DNA of 64,000 nt. Source: Phoronis australis. Its lineage: Eukaryota > Animalia > Phoronida. The notes beneath the pieces are model-generated. The model did not search any database and was not told the origin of the DNA. It saw nothing but the letters and a program-made list of their open reading frames with translations. The translations under genes were made by a program, and so were the position numbers. This document shows, piece after piece, positions 13,901 to 26,470 of the stretch. Each line of letters opens with the position of its first letter. Position 1 is the stretch's first letter. Location of the stretch: positions 203,123-267,122 of the forward strand of contig NMRA01000281.1 in NCBI GenBank assembly GCA_002633005.1, read 5' to 3'.

Positions 13901-16900
13901 GTAGAACTTCTGCCAATGAAAGCCCAGTATTGTTTTATGGAAACAGGGAATTTTTTCACATCGGAAGAATAAGCCCCGAAGTTGTGACCGCGCCAAATCG
14001 AGGGTTACGAGAGTGGCCTGGCGGGCAGTGGTGACTCGGTGTATACTGTAGTGCATTTGAAAAAAAAAATATCTCATTGTGTGTATTGAACAAATTCATA
14101 GACTTCGATATAAGTTTTTGAGATCTGTGCTATTATGTTTTGGACACGTCTCGCAGTTGTCGAAACAAAACATCACATTTGCCACGTTTCGACAGTTTCT
14201 GCTGAACTGGAAGAGTGTCATACATTAGCCCCGGTAGAGAAAACCTTTAAAATCGCATTTTACAACGAACAGCTTCTCCGAGCAAAGCTTTTCTTACAAG
14301 GAACACGACTATTCATGTTACTGAGCTGTTCTTGAGATGTACTTTACTTAAGAAAATTAATACGCACTTGTGTCAGAAAACATAAACGCAGTGTGACATG
14401 TAATCTCATACCAGAAACAATCTAACCTTCCACTACACGGTTTTCGTAAGAGCCCTCGGGAGGTTCTAATTCGGAAACATTCATGATTTTGAGTCCACGA
14501 ATAGCCCACAGGGTATTCTTTCAGAAAAAAATAGTGGGGTCTTTCGGAAACTTACATTGTTTACCTCAGCACCCTCAATACGCATTGGTTTTAAAGTTAC
14601 TGTAACTAGATTTTGACTTGAAATGTCAGCCTGGTTTTACATAAACAGCAGTTCAGATACATGTAGCACTGAGTCTGCTATAAGACTAGCCAGGCTACTC
14701 CGTTGACAAGTCGCTGATAATTCTCTGACATTGTAATCGTCCTTTTGAGGATCGAAATTTAGAAAACAACGTCATCTTGCCGCATTTCCCCGTGACAGAA
14801 ATATGATCGATCGCGAATGAGCCCTCTTGGGTTTTTTCAGTCCGAAAGTGATCCCCTAGAGACTTTTCGATGGTGGGGACTCCTTTGGAAATCCCTGGTA
14901 GGTTCATTATAGTAGTTATTTTTATTCAAATCATGGTAATTTTAATGTTGAATAGTGTATTATGACTGAGCGGCAGAGCATTAGAGAAGGTAACTTAGCC
15001 AGGCGACTGTCGACGACGTCTTTGAACCTAGAGGTCCAAGCAAGGACTGCTGTGGCGCTTGCTCAAGGGAATTGTTATCGTTATTGGCAGTACTTTGCTA
15101 CTACACCTAAAGACCATACATTGAAGTAGTTGAAGGATATTTTTTCACGAGACCACATTTGTAAATAGTTATTCCAACGTAGAAACGATCGGTGAAAATA
15201 AAGACTCTATGTGGCGTGCATTCGGGCACAACTCGATCAGTAGTGTGGTTTAGAGTGGCATAACCGTACAGTGCATTTATTAACGACGACGCTCAGCTGA
15301 GGAGTGAGAATATGGTCATTTATCTGGTCATCGCCACACTAACTCTCCAACTAACAATGGTCCCTGCAAAAGCGCTGTCAACACGTGACGTCAGAATTTC
15401 CGGTAAGCAAATGCGAAGAATGAACTATTTGCCTACATTGATTATTACGGAAAATGACCTCCGGATGTAACTCCAGTTAAATTTAAAAACACTTGTCGAG
15501 AATATTTCCAAGACAAAAGCACATTAACATACATTCTATAGTGGGTGGAAAAAGCTACTAGGCCTAAAAGTTGTATATTCAATGGAATATGAGTTAAAAT
15601 ATTAGACAATTTCAAGCATATAGGCCTGAAAATTGTATATTCAATGGAATAGGTATAATTTACAGTGCAATATATTTTTTCGTTTTCTGTCCGTCTTCAA
15701 GTGAGATTATAGTTATGAAAATCTAAAAGAATGAAACACCATTAATTGACCTTATGTTTTAACAAAACAGCTATTTAAGGCACATCGTAGTACTAACGAG
15801 TCCGATGGACCAGAATTCGGAAATAAACACGAGGTTCATCATTGTCATAAATTTCCAAACAACATCATTTTGACATACCAATGAATCTTACGCCAAATTT
15901 TAACGTCATTGATAATTCAACGCAATAAGAACACACGGAGCCCTCTCCCCCGGGCATAGCTGTCACAAAGTTGGACCACACGGGTTAACCGGTCGTTGAT
16001 TATCCCTTGGCTACTGTTATATTTAAGCAGGTTAATTTTATAAGCTTTTAACATCCTTTAGATCTGGTAATACATTCAATGCCAAAATAAACGATCTCGC
16101 AGGAGCACATATACAAAGGGCTTAAGCTTGTATTTATTTTCCCGTCTCCTCGCGTAATACAAACGGTGAATGTTTGGGATTTCATTAAGTAAACGAGGAT
16201 TGGAATGAGTTGTATTTTGACAAATTATTTGGAGACACTCGTGTATTGAACATGAACTCGGAAAGAAATTCGGGAACAGAATCTCACAAAACTGCAATTT
16301 GCTCTGGGGAGTATAAGTTGTAAGCTGTCTTCATTGTCTTTCTTGTTTTCGCTTGCTTTCTACCGGAGTTTGGCATCGGACGGCGGTCCAATATTTAGTC
16401 GATAGAAAAAAATTGTGGCCAGCAAGATTTGTATCAGTCGCCGTGGATAACATCTGACAATGCCTATGTGTTATTGAAATATTTGTTTGCTTTTAATCGG
16501 TGGTTTGGTAACATGACGTCTACAAACTTTTTGTTTGGTTTGAACAGTTCTGCACAAGAACACGGCTTGCTAAGTGCAAATGGTTTACACAAATATAAGA
16601 CTGTTATTTCACTGAGCAAACTGTGACAAGTGAAAACCTGTCCTAAGTTGTCAACTATCCTAAACTCTAACTCAGACAACATAGACCGGCAGAACTTCTC
16701 GTCTGAATTCTCACATAGGACGAACATGCACAGTTTGAAGCATGCAAGCCCTTACATATCAATCGTGGCCGACGAATATCATAAACACATTAGTAGATTT
16801 ATGTGCCGACAATTATGTTCGTTTGTTGTCGTGAGTTTGAATTCAAAATAAACAGTAAATTTAGACGAAGTTGTCAAGTATGACCTTTGCCGATGCTTAG

Positions 16901-17248
16901 TTGTTATTTGTGAAATGATATGTTACAAAATTGGTTGTCGTACTGTGGCAGTGAGCTTAATTTAGACACATTGCTGCTGCGATTTGTTCAAAGTAATCCA
17001 TGAAAAATTCAATGTCTTAGTTATGACGTTTGTTACGAAACAAGGAATCTAAAGTCTTTTCATCACGTAAGCTCCTTAAAGGTACAATTTGTTGGCATTG
17101 ACAGCAAATGAGATGGAAATATGCAACAAAAAAAATTTATAGTTTGTAGCCTAATGACACGTGTTGGTGAAACAAGAAACGATCGACTACGTTCAGCTTC
17201 ATGAACTCAGCAAATTACTTAGAAATAACGAGTTTATGAATAGAATGC

Positions 17249-17254
17249 TTTATT
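17249..17254 (-). terminator. Candidate FoxL1 polyadenylation signal (AATAAA)
   Basis: Minus-strand AATAAA about 520 nt after the stop codon, following a U-rich 3' UTR-like stretch. Confidence 0.5.
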
Positions 17255-17772
17255 AAAATATGAGTAAATCTGAAATTCATTTTGAGTGAATAACAGTTGG
17301 TTCAGGCTCTTAAGTTATGTAAAATAGCACACAGGAGACATTTACATTGACATTGGCCACAAGGGGGAAGTATTTTGACAACAGTAAATAATGAAAATAC
17401 ATGACGAACTATCCAACACGCACCAGGGAAATAATTATGCGAAATCCACTTTACGACAGTGATCATAATGAATTTTAATCGATGATGCGTATCGTTTCAT
17501 AATTTTCCAAATGTGTGAAGCATTTCAATATAGGTACACAGGGAAAAGTTTCGAATACAACCCGACATTATTACTAACCACCGATGTTCCCGGTGCATTT
17601 GGTTGAAGAGAATAACGAAACAACCGCAAAAGAATGAAATAAAATAAAATAACGAAAACATATAAAGTTGTATAAAAACATAGTCTGGTGCCTTGAGTAT
17701 TAACAAGTGATGATAAAATACAAAAATATCACATAAGAGTATCGTGCAGTTCTTATTGCGCTGTCGGTAACG

Positions 17773-18798
17773 TCAGCACAGCTTTTTCTCGAAATCACCG
17801 TACGGCTTGCCAGTTCCGTGAGGAAAAGAGACTTGAAGCGGCGACATGTAGTTGGCGTAAGGTGAAAACCGCATGAGTGGCGACGATGGCGGCGAAGAGA
17901 GACTGGATTGGTGAGGATAGCCAGCAAAAGCAGACGGCGAAAAAGCGGCCGGGTGCGGCGGTAACATCCCGGGGTAAAGTCCAAGGGGAAGTCCTATTGG
18001 ATAACGAGGTCGCGTTTCTGAGATCTTCGGCGGTGGACTAGGAATTTTATCAAATATACTTGGCCTCTTTTCCTTTGCTTCGAGTTCCTTGTCGTTATTA
18101 TTGTTATTTGACTTAATACCTGAGCTTGAAGTTGTCTCCGCCGATTTTTCGCCGATTATGTTGTCGATGGAGAATATCGGTTTTGTAGTGTCTTGCTCAG
18201 ACCACTTTTCCTCGTTGTCGTCTGAGTCATCAACCGCGAAATCTTGCTCATCTTCAAGGTCGTCTCGCGAAGTATCGTCTTCGTTGACCTGGTTGCCTTC
18301 TGACGGTTTGTACGGTGTCTTTGCGCGACGTTTTCTGCGGCGATAATTGCCATTGTCAAACATTTCTTCACAGTTCACGTCCAGCGTCCAGTAGTTACCC
18401 TTTCCCGGCTTCCCTTTCTCGCGAGGCACTTTAACAAAGCAATCATTGAGGCTCAAATTGTGACGAATGCTGTTCTGCCAGCCTTGCTTATTGCTGTGGT
18501 AATACGGAAATCTGTCCATAATAAATTGATATATTCCGTTTAAGGTGATCTTTCTATCCGGCGCACTTTTGATAGCCATGGCTATCAGCGCTATGTAAGA
18601 ATAGGGCGGTTTCTGCGGTTGCTCTCGCCGCTCCAACTCGGCTAGCATGCTGAGCGCGTACGCGCGGTTGTAATCGCCAGCCGGTGGGTAGAAGAACCCC
18701 GCGGACCCCGGGTAGGAGACTGCTGCCGCGGCGTAACGTGGGTCGGCGTACCTGGCGTACAAACTGGCCAGGGCAGCGTTGGTGGGTGATGCCATCAT
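17773..18798 (-). CDS. FoxL1: Forkhead box transcription factor, FoxL1 class (single exon, 341 aa)
   Basis: Complete forkhead domain [15 protein letters not shown]...[56 protein letters not shown]...[13 protein letters not shown] (about 18325-18615). The residues YH.N.QGW, VPREKG.PGKG and NGNYRRRKR fit FoxL1 better than FoxC or FoxL2. An eh1 motif FSIDNIIG follows. The ORF is uninterrupted from ATG to TGA. Confidence 0.93.
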   Translation of the reverse strand: MMASPTNAALASLYARYADPRYAAAAVSYPGSAGFFYPPAGDYNRAYALSMLAELERREQPQKPPYSYIALIAMAIKSAPDRKITLNGIYQFIMDRFPYYHSNKQGWQNSIRHNLSLNDCFVKVPREKGKPGKGNYWTLDVNCEEMFDNGNYRRRKRRAKTPYKPSEGNQVNEDDTSRDDLEDEQDFAVDDSDDNEEKWSEQDTTKPIFSIDNIIGEKSAETTSSSGIKSNNNNNDKELEAKEKRPSIFDKIPSPPPKISETRPRYPIGLPLGLYPGMLPPHPAAFSPSAFAGYPHQSSLSSPPSSPLMRFSPYANYMSPLQVSFPHGTGKPYGDFEKKLC

Positions 18799-18883
18799 GG
18801 TGAGAGAGTAGTTTGATGCGCCTCTGTTTGGTCAACTTCAGTTGAACTATTTGAGTGTCCGTTCTGTTACAAGTGATGAGCGA

Positions 18884-18917
18884 GACTGATCTAAATCTGA
18901 ACATCCGCTCTCTTATA
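18884..18917 (-). promoter_or_regulatory. FoxL1 core promoter: TATA box plus initiator
   Basis: Minus-strand TATAAGA starts at 18917. An Inr-like TCAGTC lies at 18889-18884, putting the +1 A at 18887, exactly 30 nt downstream. This implies a 5' UTR of about 90 nt. Confidence 0.7.
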
Positions 18918-19024
18918 TCAAGTGTGAAGTTTACACATCAATTTGGGTATTTCAATATTACTATGTTGTTTTGTTATCATAAGTCTTACTCGACTAAACG
19001 ATGGGAAAACACCCTTGTTCGTGT

Positions 19025-19282
19025 GTAAATAACCGGTAAGTCCCTCGCTGTCATTTAGGCAGACTCTCGTCCGTCTCGACCAATCAGAGCGATCCGCAAT
19101 ACAATCGCGTGTTTATTAAACATAATCAAACAATCGGTCTTCCCACCCCTACACTTGAGCGTGTGTTTATTTTGAAATATCACAAAAGAGAAATTGACCG
19201 ATGCTTATGTAAACACCCATTAGCGCGCAGTATATCCCGGGGAGTGTTTTGTCGGCTGTGTATCGTTTTATAAGACCACCGA
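19025..19282. promoter_or_regulatory. FoxL1 proximal upstream region with a CCAAT box and clustered forkhead sites
   Basis: CCAATCAGAG at 19080. Forkhead RYAAAYA matches at 19025 (GTAAATA), 19110 and 19164 (TGTTTAT) and 19209 (GTAAACA). GLI-like GACCACCGA at 19274. Confidence 0.5.
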
Positions 19283-20495
19283 AAATGAAAATAATCCTAC
19301 CTTTACTATTGTATAGCACCTGTACCACGTATCTTCCGTGGTTAGAACTTGCCTTAAAATTATGCGTCTGTTTTAAAATTTGTTGTCGTTTTCTTTTTAC
19401 CCTTTCCTAAATTGATTCTATTAGTACTCATTTACACATTGAGGACAAATTACAATAGAAGTGTTTAAAGTAAAGGTTTCGTTAAAACCTGTCTGTATTT
19501 GAATACGAAAGAATGCAGGGGTTCGCTTTAAAAATATTTATCTGCCGATGGTGTCGCTTTTTGCTACTGGGTGCGTGCAGGTCTTGCGAATATTTTAGCC
19601 CGAATTTTGTCTTTTTTCTAATTTAATTTCTGTTCTTACATCAGTGTAAAAGCCTGAAACATATAAGAACGCATTAAAACTTTATGCATTCTGAATTATT
19701 TTGTATCAATCGCGCCAGGATGAAAGTGCAAAATTTCAAGATGAGTATCGACAATTTGTTAAAACATAACAGATATCGATACTGCCCTATAACCAGTTCC
19801 CTGTGCCAAGAGTGTAGTGTATTAATTTACATTCAATAACACTTTGGATTATGTCGCGCTTGAATGTGTTCATAAACGATTAGCTGAGTGACTGTGCTTT
19901 TCATCGGTTAAACCAGCATAAATACGTGTGTATCTGAACATGTTGTGTTGTGAACGGATCTTTAGAACGTCGGTTTCCCGTGTTTTTCCTAAGGTTTTAC
20001 TTACGCTCATTACACGAACCGTGAGATGACTTCATTTGTGTTGTGACGAACATAAAGACGGGGTTATTTGTAAGACTCTGTGAGTAAGCCACCTGACGTT
20101 CCGAATAGAAACCAGGTAATTAAAACACAACAAATGATTCAGGTCGCAGTGTCAATAGTTAGAGAAAGAATCAATGTTATTGAAACAGGCGTAATTAATT
20201 CTGCAACTAAAGCTGTATGGTGGACGATATCATCCAGATGACACGGGCCATTTGTGGCGATCGATTAAGGAAATATATGCACCTTGGTTAACTTAGAATA
20301 AAACACTTTTGTAAGAAATCAGCCAGTTTTGAATTAGACATAATTGGCGTCACATGGTGTGTTTTTCTTACTTAACTGTTAGTGCAGTAGTAGTGGTAGT
20401 AGTTATCTTTGTTTTGTCAATTTTGTATTTATTTTTAGATTATCAAACATTGTATTCTAGTCGTTACTAGCGGTATTTACTGTTATTGTAATCGA

Positions 20496-20511
20496 CATCA
20501 TCACCATCACT

Positions 20512-20542
<31 letters not shown>

Positions 20543-20775
20543 CCATCGTCATCACCATCACCATAACCATCACCATAACCATCACCATCACTATCATCAT
20601 CATCATCAGCATCATTACCACCACCACAACCACCGTCATCATTTCGCCATTATCACCATCGTCACGACCACCTTCATCATGATCACCGTCATTTTATCAT
20701 CAACTACAGCAGTCATCTTCAATGTCATTTCCATCATCACAATAACAGCCATCATCAACACTATCAACCTCGTCA
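20496..20775 (+). repeat. (CAT/CAC)n trinucleotide microsatellite, degenerate towards the right
   Basis: Seen directly. Confidence 0.92.
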
Positions 20776-21037
20776 TGATAATGGATACTCGCATCATTCC
20801 TACCGTCTCGCCCTACTTGCATTACCACGGAGTGGAAGATTGCTCCAATAAAATGGAAAAAGATGCAATATACGAACTAACGTCCAATTTCAATGTTTCC
20901 CGTTTTCATAAAACTTTTGGAGCGGGCTGCGCAGATTCTGCTGTATGTTTAGATTCGTGACTTGGCTGGTTGTTCCTCAGTCGTGATTCAGACCTGGTCA
21001 CGGGTTCCTCGGCCCTGGTAGTAATGGCTGATGCTAT

Positions 21038-21150
21038 TTTATCAATCTCAAGAAAGCGTTTGACACGGTTAATCATAACATTTCACTAGAGACGTTTGGA
21101 ATGACTGTATCTGTGGATTGGCTCAATCCTATCTGTACGCCAGGACTCGG
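21038..21150 (+). mobile_element. Degenerate CR1/L2-like reverse transcriptase fragment
   Basis: Translates FINLKKAFDTVNHNI, then after a frameshift W..SYLYAR, resembling the FLDLxKAFDTVxH...WFxSYLxxR motif of LINE RTs. Confidence 0.65.
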
Positions 21151-24100
21151 TGAGGATGTATCCCATGTTAGACCAGGTGTGTGTGGCGAACCACAGCCAT
21201 GGTTCCGTGTATCACCTTTGCTGGTTGTCTAAAATGATCTACCAACAGATATTATTTTTAAGGTAGCCCTGAATGCAATGCAATTTTTGTTCTAATAAAA
21301 ACAACCAGACATTAAAAAGGACTCTTTACAGTGATATGTATTTTATGTCTCATTGACAGATCAACAGCAGGTCAGTATTGAATTTAGACAAGCCCAAAAG
21401 TATGTGGTTATTATAAAGGAAAGCAATACATACTACTGATCTTAATAATACGGTTCATAACCGAAAACTTTGAAGTGATAAAAAGAATTTTTAGCTACAA
21501 TTATCGAGGTCTGTTTAGACGGGAATCTCTCTTGAGATACACATGTAAAAATGCGTTCTTACTGTGGGCACGGTGTCGAGCCACGATAAGTGTGCTAAGG
21601 CGAGCTTTACTCCAGTTCTGCTTTGCTGCATATCGGTCACGTGGCCTACTGGTGATGTTGCGTGGTACGAGTGTTCGCAGAAGCACGTAGATAGATTACA
21701 AGCTCCTCAAACTAAGATCGCTTGACATATTACAGGTCTTCATCATAATCATTAGCACCATGATATATCGTTGTTGTTATTATCATTTTCATTATTACGA
21801 AATTTATCGCTGTTCTTACATTCGTTTGTTGTGTACGTGTTAATGATTTTCTTCATATTTCTTCATTGAAATATGCTACATGTTCACCAATACACTTCGT
21901 GCATTTTGAAAATATTCCATAATAACAGGATATGCTGTGCTGAGCTGCATAAACACTTTTGCATTAATTACATATCTCTTGCTCGAACCGAACAATGACT
22001 GTGTACCTCATAATTGCGGCTAATATAGGAGAGTACTGGCTTCAGACCATTACTCTTGTTTTATCAACGACTGTCGTTCCGTCAGTCACTGGCCAAATTT
22101 CACCACGATTAAGGGACATATGCCTTCGCTGCTACCACGTGTGATTTCTGACGCTTTTTGATTCTCGTTGGCTCTCCGCACTGAGAACACGTCGCTATCC
22201 CTCGACGCGTGTCCGCAAAGAGGAGATTTGGTTAAAATCTGATATAATAATTAGTAACAAGACATAGCCACGTGAGTGTGAGATTAATTATTTATTTTAG
22301 CACACTACATCAATTAATTGCATAAACACTTACGGATAATGCGTCCTCACTACTCTTTAGCATGGTATATATAACGGAGACAAAGTGATTAATACCCTTC
22401 AGGGATGTTGAGCAAGTGTTGAGGTGACGCCACAGTAAAGAAAATTGTCGGTAAAGGGAATCAGTTAGCAGCTATTTAATTTTTGAGCTGAAACATGTGA
22501 GTGACAGATGCAAATGACGCGAAAACATATCCTTTTTGTTCGTTCATGTACTCTAATATGATCTTGAATACAGTCGACAGAATAATTAAAGTGAGTCAAG
22601 GCTTTAGTCAAGAACGAGAGAAAAAAATAAACAAAAAGTATGATGAAAACTGGAAATCGAAAAGGAAACTTTTTAGCATCTTTTAATTTGAATTTTAATT
22701 GTGTGAAAGCCGTCAAGCTATCGAGTTTTCACGCACATCCGTGTAGGGGTTAGTTGTGAAAATATCAAGCTTGTTTATACAAGGAATATTAATTGACTCG
22801 ATAAAACAGTAATAAGTTAACAGCCAAACAAAATGGCGCATTAAAAGGGGGTGTTATCGGCGAGAAAAAGATTTTCTGAGCGTCAACGCGAAAATGAACA
22901 TGGGAATCCGCGGTTGCAGTATAACCCTCTGCTGGCGAAGCTAACCGATATACATTTACTATTTTAGGTGTATTTGATTAGTTAAGTCACCGACCTTGAT
23001 TTCAGCGACTGCAATATGCAGTCGTTCGCCATCTACACAATACCATTTAAAGTTTTGACAAACCCTGCATCTAATTTACGTCACCAGTTTCCAATGAGCA
23101 CGTTTTTGCGACATTGACGCAATTTCATTGTAGCGGGAGAAAATTTCACATCACAGACGCGTTCCTCAGCAAACAAAAGTAGATAACAGAAATCGATCCC
23201 CATCAGCAAAAACTAGAAAAAAACAACAAAATGCTCTGCTACCGGATTATAACAGATAAATTATAAGTTGTTGATATTTCGAAATCAAGTATTTCTGTTT
23301 CATGCTGATGCTCATTACCATATTTCACTTGAAGGCCGCTCACTTCCCAGTCATCTGAGACCGAGTTACCGTATTTTCAAAGATCCGCACATAGTTCATT
23401 AACGTGACTGGGAGAGGAAACATAACGCTGAAAATTTAGAACCTAACGTCGGTTGCAACGTTTCGATCACTCGCAACGTGGTGTTCGCTATATTGCGCTT
23501 ACGACCGTATTAGCTCAGTACGACCACGATGTACAACCTTTGATTTAACGGGCACCCTGGCGCATGATTTTAATTTTGGACTAAGTTTGTGCCTTGCGGC
23601 ACCTAAGCACTTGCTGTGAAGGACTTTGTAAATACGATGTACATGTACATATGTATACCTCACCAGTTCAATGCCCACTATTGCTCGATGGCACCAATAG
23701 ACGATTGTTACATTCAATCGAAATCGACTAATGTTGCGTAGAAATAAGAATGAAACAGTTATAGAATTGTTGTTATTTAAGAAACGTTCTTAAAAATCAC
23801 TAGAAAAACTTATCGCTTTACATAGTTTGGCCGAATTAAATTGACACATGAAATGATACAATACATGACAATTTAATTATAGTATTCAGTACATTTTAAC
23901 ATTTGGAAAATCAATGTGAACTAAATTATCGGTGCAGTTAAAAGTTTGCCCGCCAGACTTGGCAATTACATGAAACAAAAATCCCAAACATTCAGTTTGC
24001 AACACAACTCTGTGAATAAATGAAATGTAATTTCACTGACGATTCGTTACGCCAGTAGTTGCTGATTGAATATTTACACCTGAGCTTAGAAGTTATCGTA

Positions 24101-26220
24101 CACGGTTTGCTTTGTTAAATCTCTGCACTTTTTAAACTTCTCATTGTTTGTGGAACACATTAGCTAGAGTGGTGCTAAGTACCGACTGTATAAACTGAGG
24201 TTATGTTTACACATGCGCAGTCGAGGTGCTTGCTAACTCACCAATGCTATTTTCATTAAATAGGCGTGCACAATGACGGACATATTGTCAAGTGGCACTC
24301 AACCGGGATTTATACGAACACGCCATATGCGTGTAAATATTTTTAATATTGCGTAATCGTTTGCGGTAGGATGAATTCTACTTAAGCAAATGTTTATAAA
24401 GTTTGTTAATTAAAGCTAGACTGTTACATTATACCGGTGTTAACCCGGATCGTTCGTCTAGGAGGTTCTTTGTCTAGTCCATCAGAAGATCTCTAGGAGA
24501 AACATTTGGTTTATATATATCGACAGATAGACGTGGTTTAAATAAGATTAACAAATAAGTAAGATCAAAGTCGGTGTCTATAACAAAATTAATCATTTGT
24601 GGTGCTTCGTCAGCGTGAGTATATCTCAGTACCAAGAAATAACTTGTTTCGGCTTAAAGAGTTCACCGGCCTCGTTGATTTTGTCGATCCTGTATTTGGG
24701 CCATGGTTTAGAATTATAGATCCTTCTAAAAATCGTTAGCATAAGTGCGTCGAAGTATTGAAGGGAGTACCTAACAAGTTTGTCATTTCGATAGTCGTTT
24801 AGTATCTATGTGATATAATATAATATAACATAATGTATAATATAAGAAGCTAAACTGTTACTCCGCCTCGGGTGAAGTGGTGGAATACTCGTCGAAATAG
24901 TTCTACGGCCACCCGCCGTCTTGTCCACCCGTTGCGACAACTATGTGAACAACGTCTTAGCCGTGGGTAACCGTTCAGCTTCTTTTGATTCTGTTTCATC
25001 CACTGAGGGCGGATAAGCTTTCATCAATAATAAAACAATATGTACTTACAATGGCATTAAATGACTGTATTTTTCATTCGTCCGATTTAGTTTGGCTGCA
25101 GTACTGGGTCACAGTATACATGAACAACACTTAGTTGTAGTTCCTACAAAATTTTATCGTCAATTGGACTGTTTTGGAAATTAGAATGTTGTATTTTTAT
25201 AAATGTTTATCAAACAAATGAGTCACTGGAGATCATTGTTAATGAAATTCAAATCGTCATAAATCTAAACAAATGTTTGACTGCTAATTCAGACACCGAA
25301 CACCCTCACGGATCGCATTATTTATAAAACACGCATGAATATAGGACTCTTGAAAACTGTCAGCATTTGGCCAACTTCGGACCATCTTATCTCATAGATG
25401 CGTGTTTTGAGTGAGGTGTTATCAAAAACTTAGACTTATCATTTTCACCAATAAAACGAAATGATAATTTAGAAAGCTGTCACCAGCGTTTTCGAGATTT
25501 CATCTTGAACTTATATATTAAATAAAAATGGGTCATGTGGTTTGCTTTACTATAAAGATATTCTCACGTGGCCAAAAAATACAGGCTTTTTTCTTTTAGA
25601 AAATATGTAATTCTACAAACTTAAATCTGTATTTTTAAATACACATACTTGTCGATAATGTACTAGTATGTGTACAAAACTTATCTCGACTTGCTGTATA
25701 AACAATAGGTGACGAAGTTGTAAAATATTTTCCACATCTAACAACCCCTCATCTCTTGTGTCACTTTAAACCTTGCAGTTTATCCAACCTCCCTCTTTCC
25801 TAAGGACAGTACAAGTGTTATGTTACCTCTGTCAAGTGTTTTTGTATCTTTACATAAACAGCCATTAAATATAACACAATCGTAATTAGGCACTCGAACT
25901 AAGATGTAACACCTTTGCCATCGCTTCGGTTGACAAATGTAATTTTACCTAAGTGTTGTCGATGGCTTTGTCATGAAAGCTAGGTATTTGATACAGACTT
26001 TATCTATATTGAACGAAAGGTTTAAACTTTTGAGTATTCCCTGTGTGTATACATATCGTGCGTGTTTTAAAAGGCTTCCGATCGAAGATATTAGATTTCA
26101 AAAACGGATCCATTGAGTATGAACTTCTGACTAAGGACTCGTTATTATACAAAAATCTCCATTTCATTCAATTATTGAATCTGCTGATGAGTAGACATGC
26201 CGACAAACACTTTGACGCAT

Positions 26221-26470
26221 TATAAACATATTCATGTACATATAAATATACATATACATAATATGTATAGCATAAATATACATATACAAATACATATACC
26301 TATACAAATACATAATATGTATAGTATACATATACATATACAAAAACATAATATGTAATAGTATACACATACATATACAAATACATAATATGTAATAGTA
26401 TACATATACATAAACAAATACATATACAAATACATATATATACACATATACAAATACACATAAATATACA
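26221..26470 (+). repeat. (TATACA/AATACA)n low-complexity hexamer repeat
   Basis: Seen directly. Confidence 0.92.

Noticed and set aside
13435-13959. 174-aa minus-strand ORF
   Set aside because: No recognisable domain, and it runs through a tRNA-like repeat copy.
18325-18615. Assignment as FoxC or FoxL2
   Set aside because: Lacks FoxC YRENKQ, VPRDDKKPGKGS and GSFL, and FoxL2 KNKKGW and EGGGERKG; the residues fit FoxL1.
17700-18904. Alternative-frame and antisense ORFs overlapping FoxL1
   Set aside because: Shadows of the GC-rich FoxL1 CDS with no independent signal.
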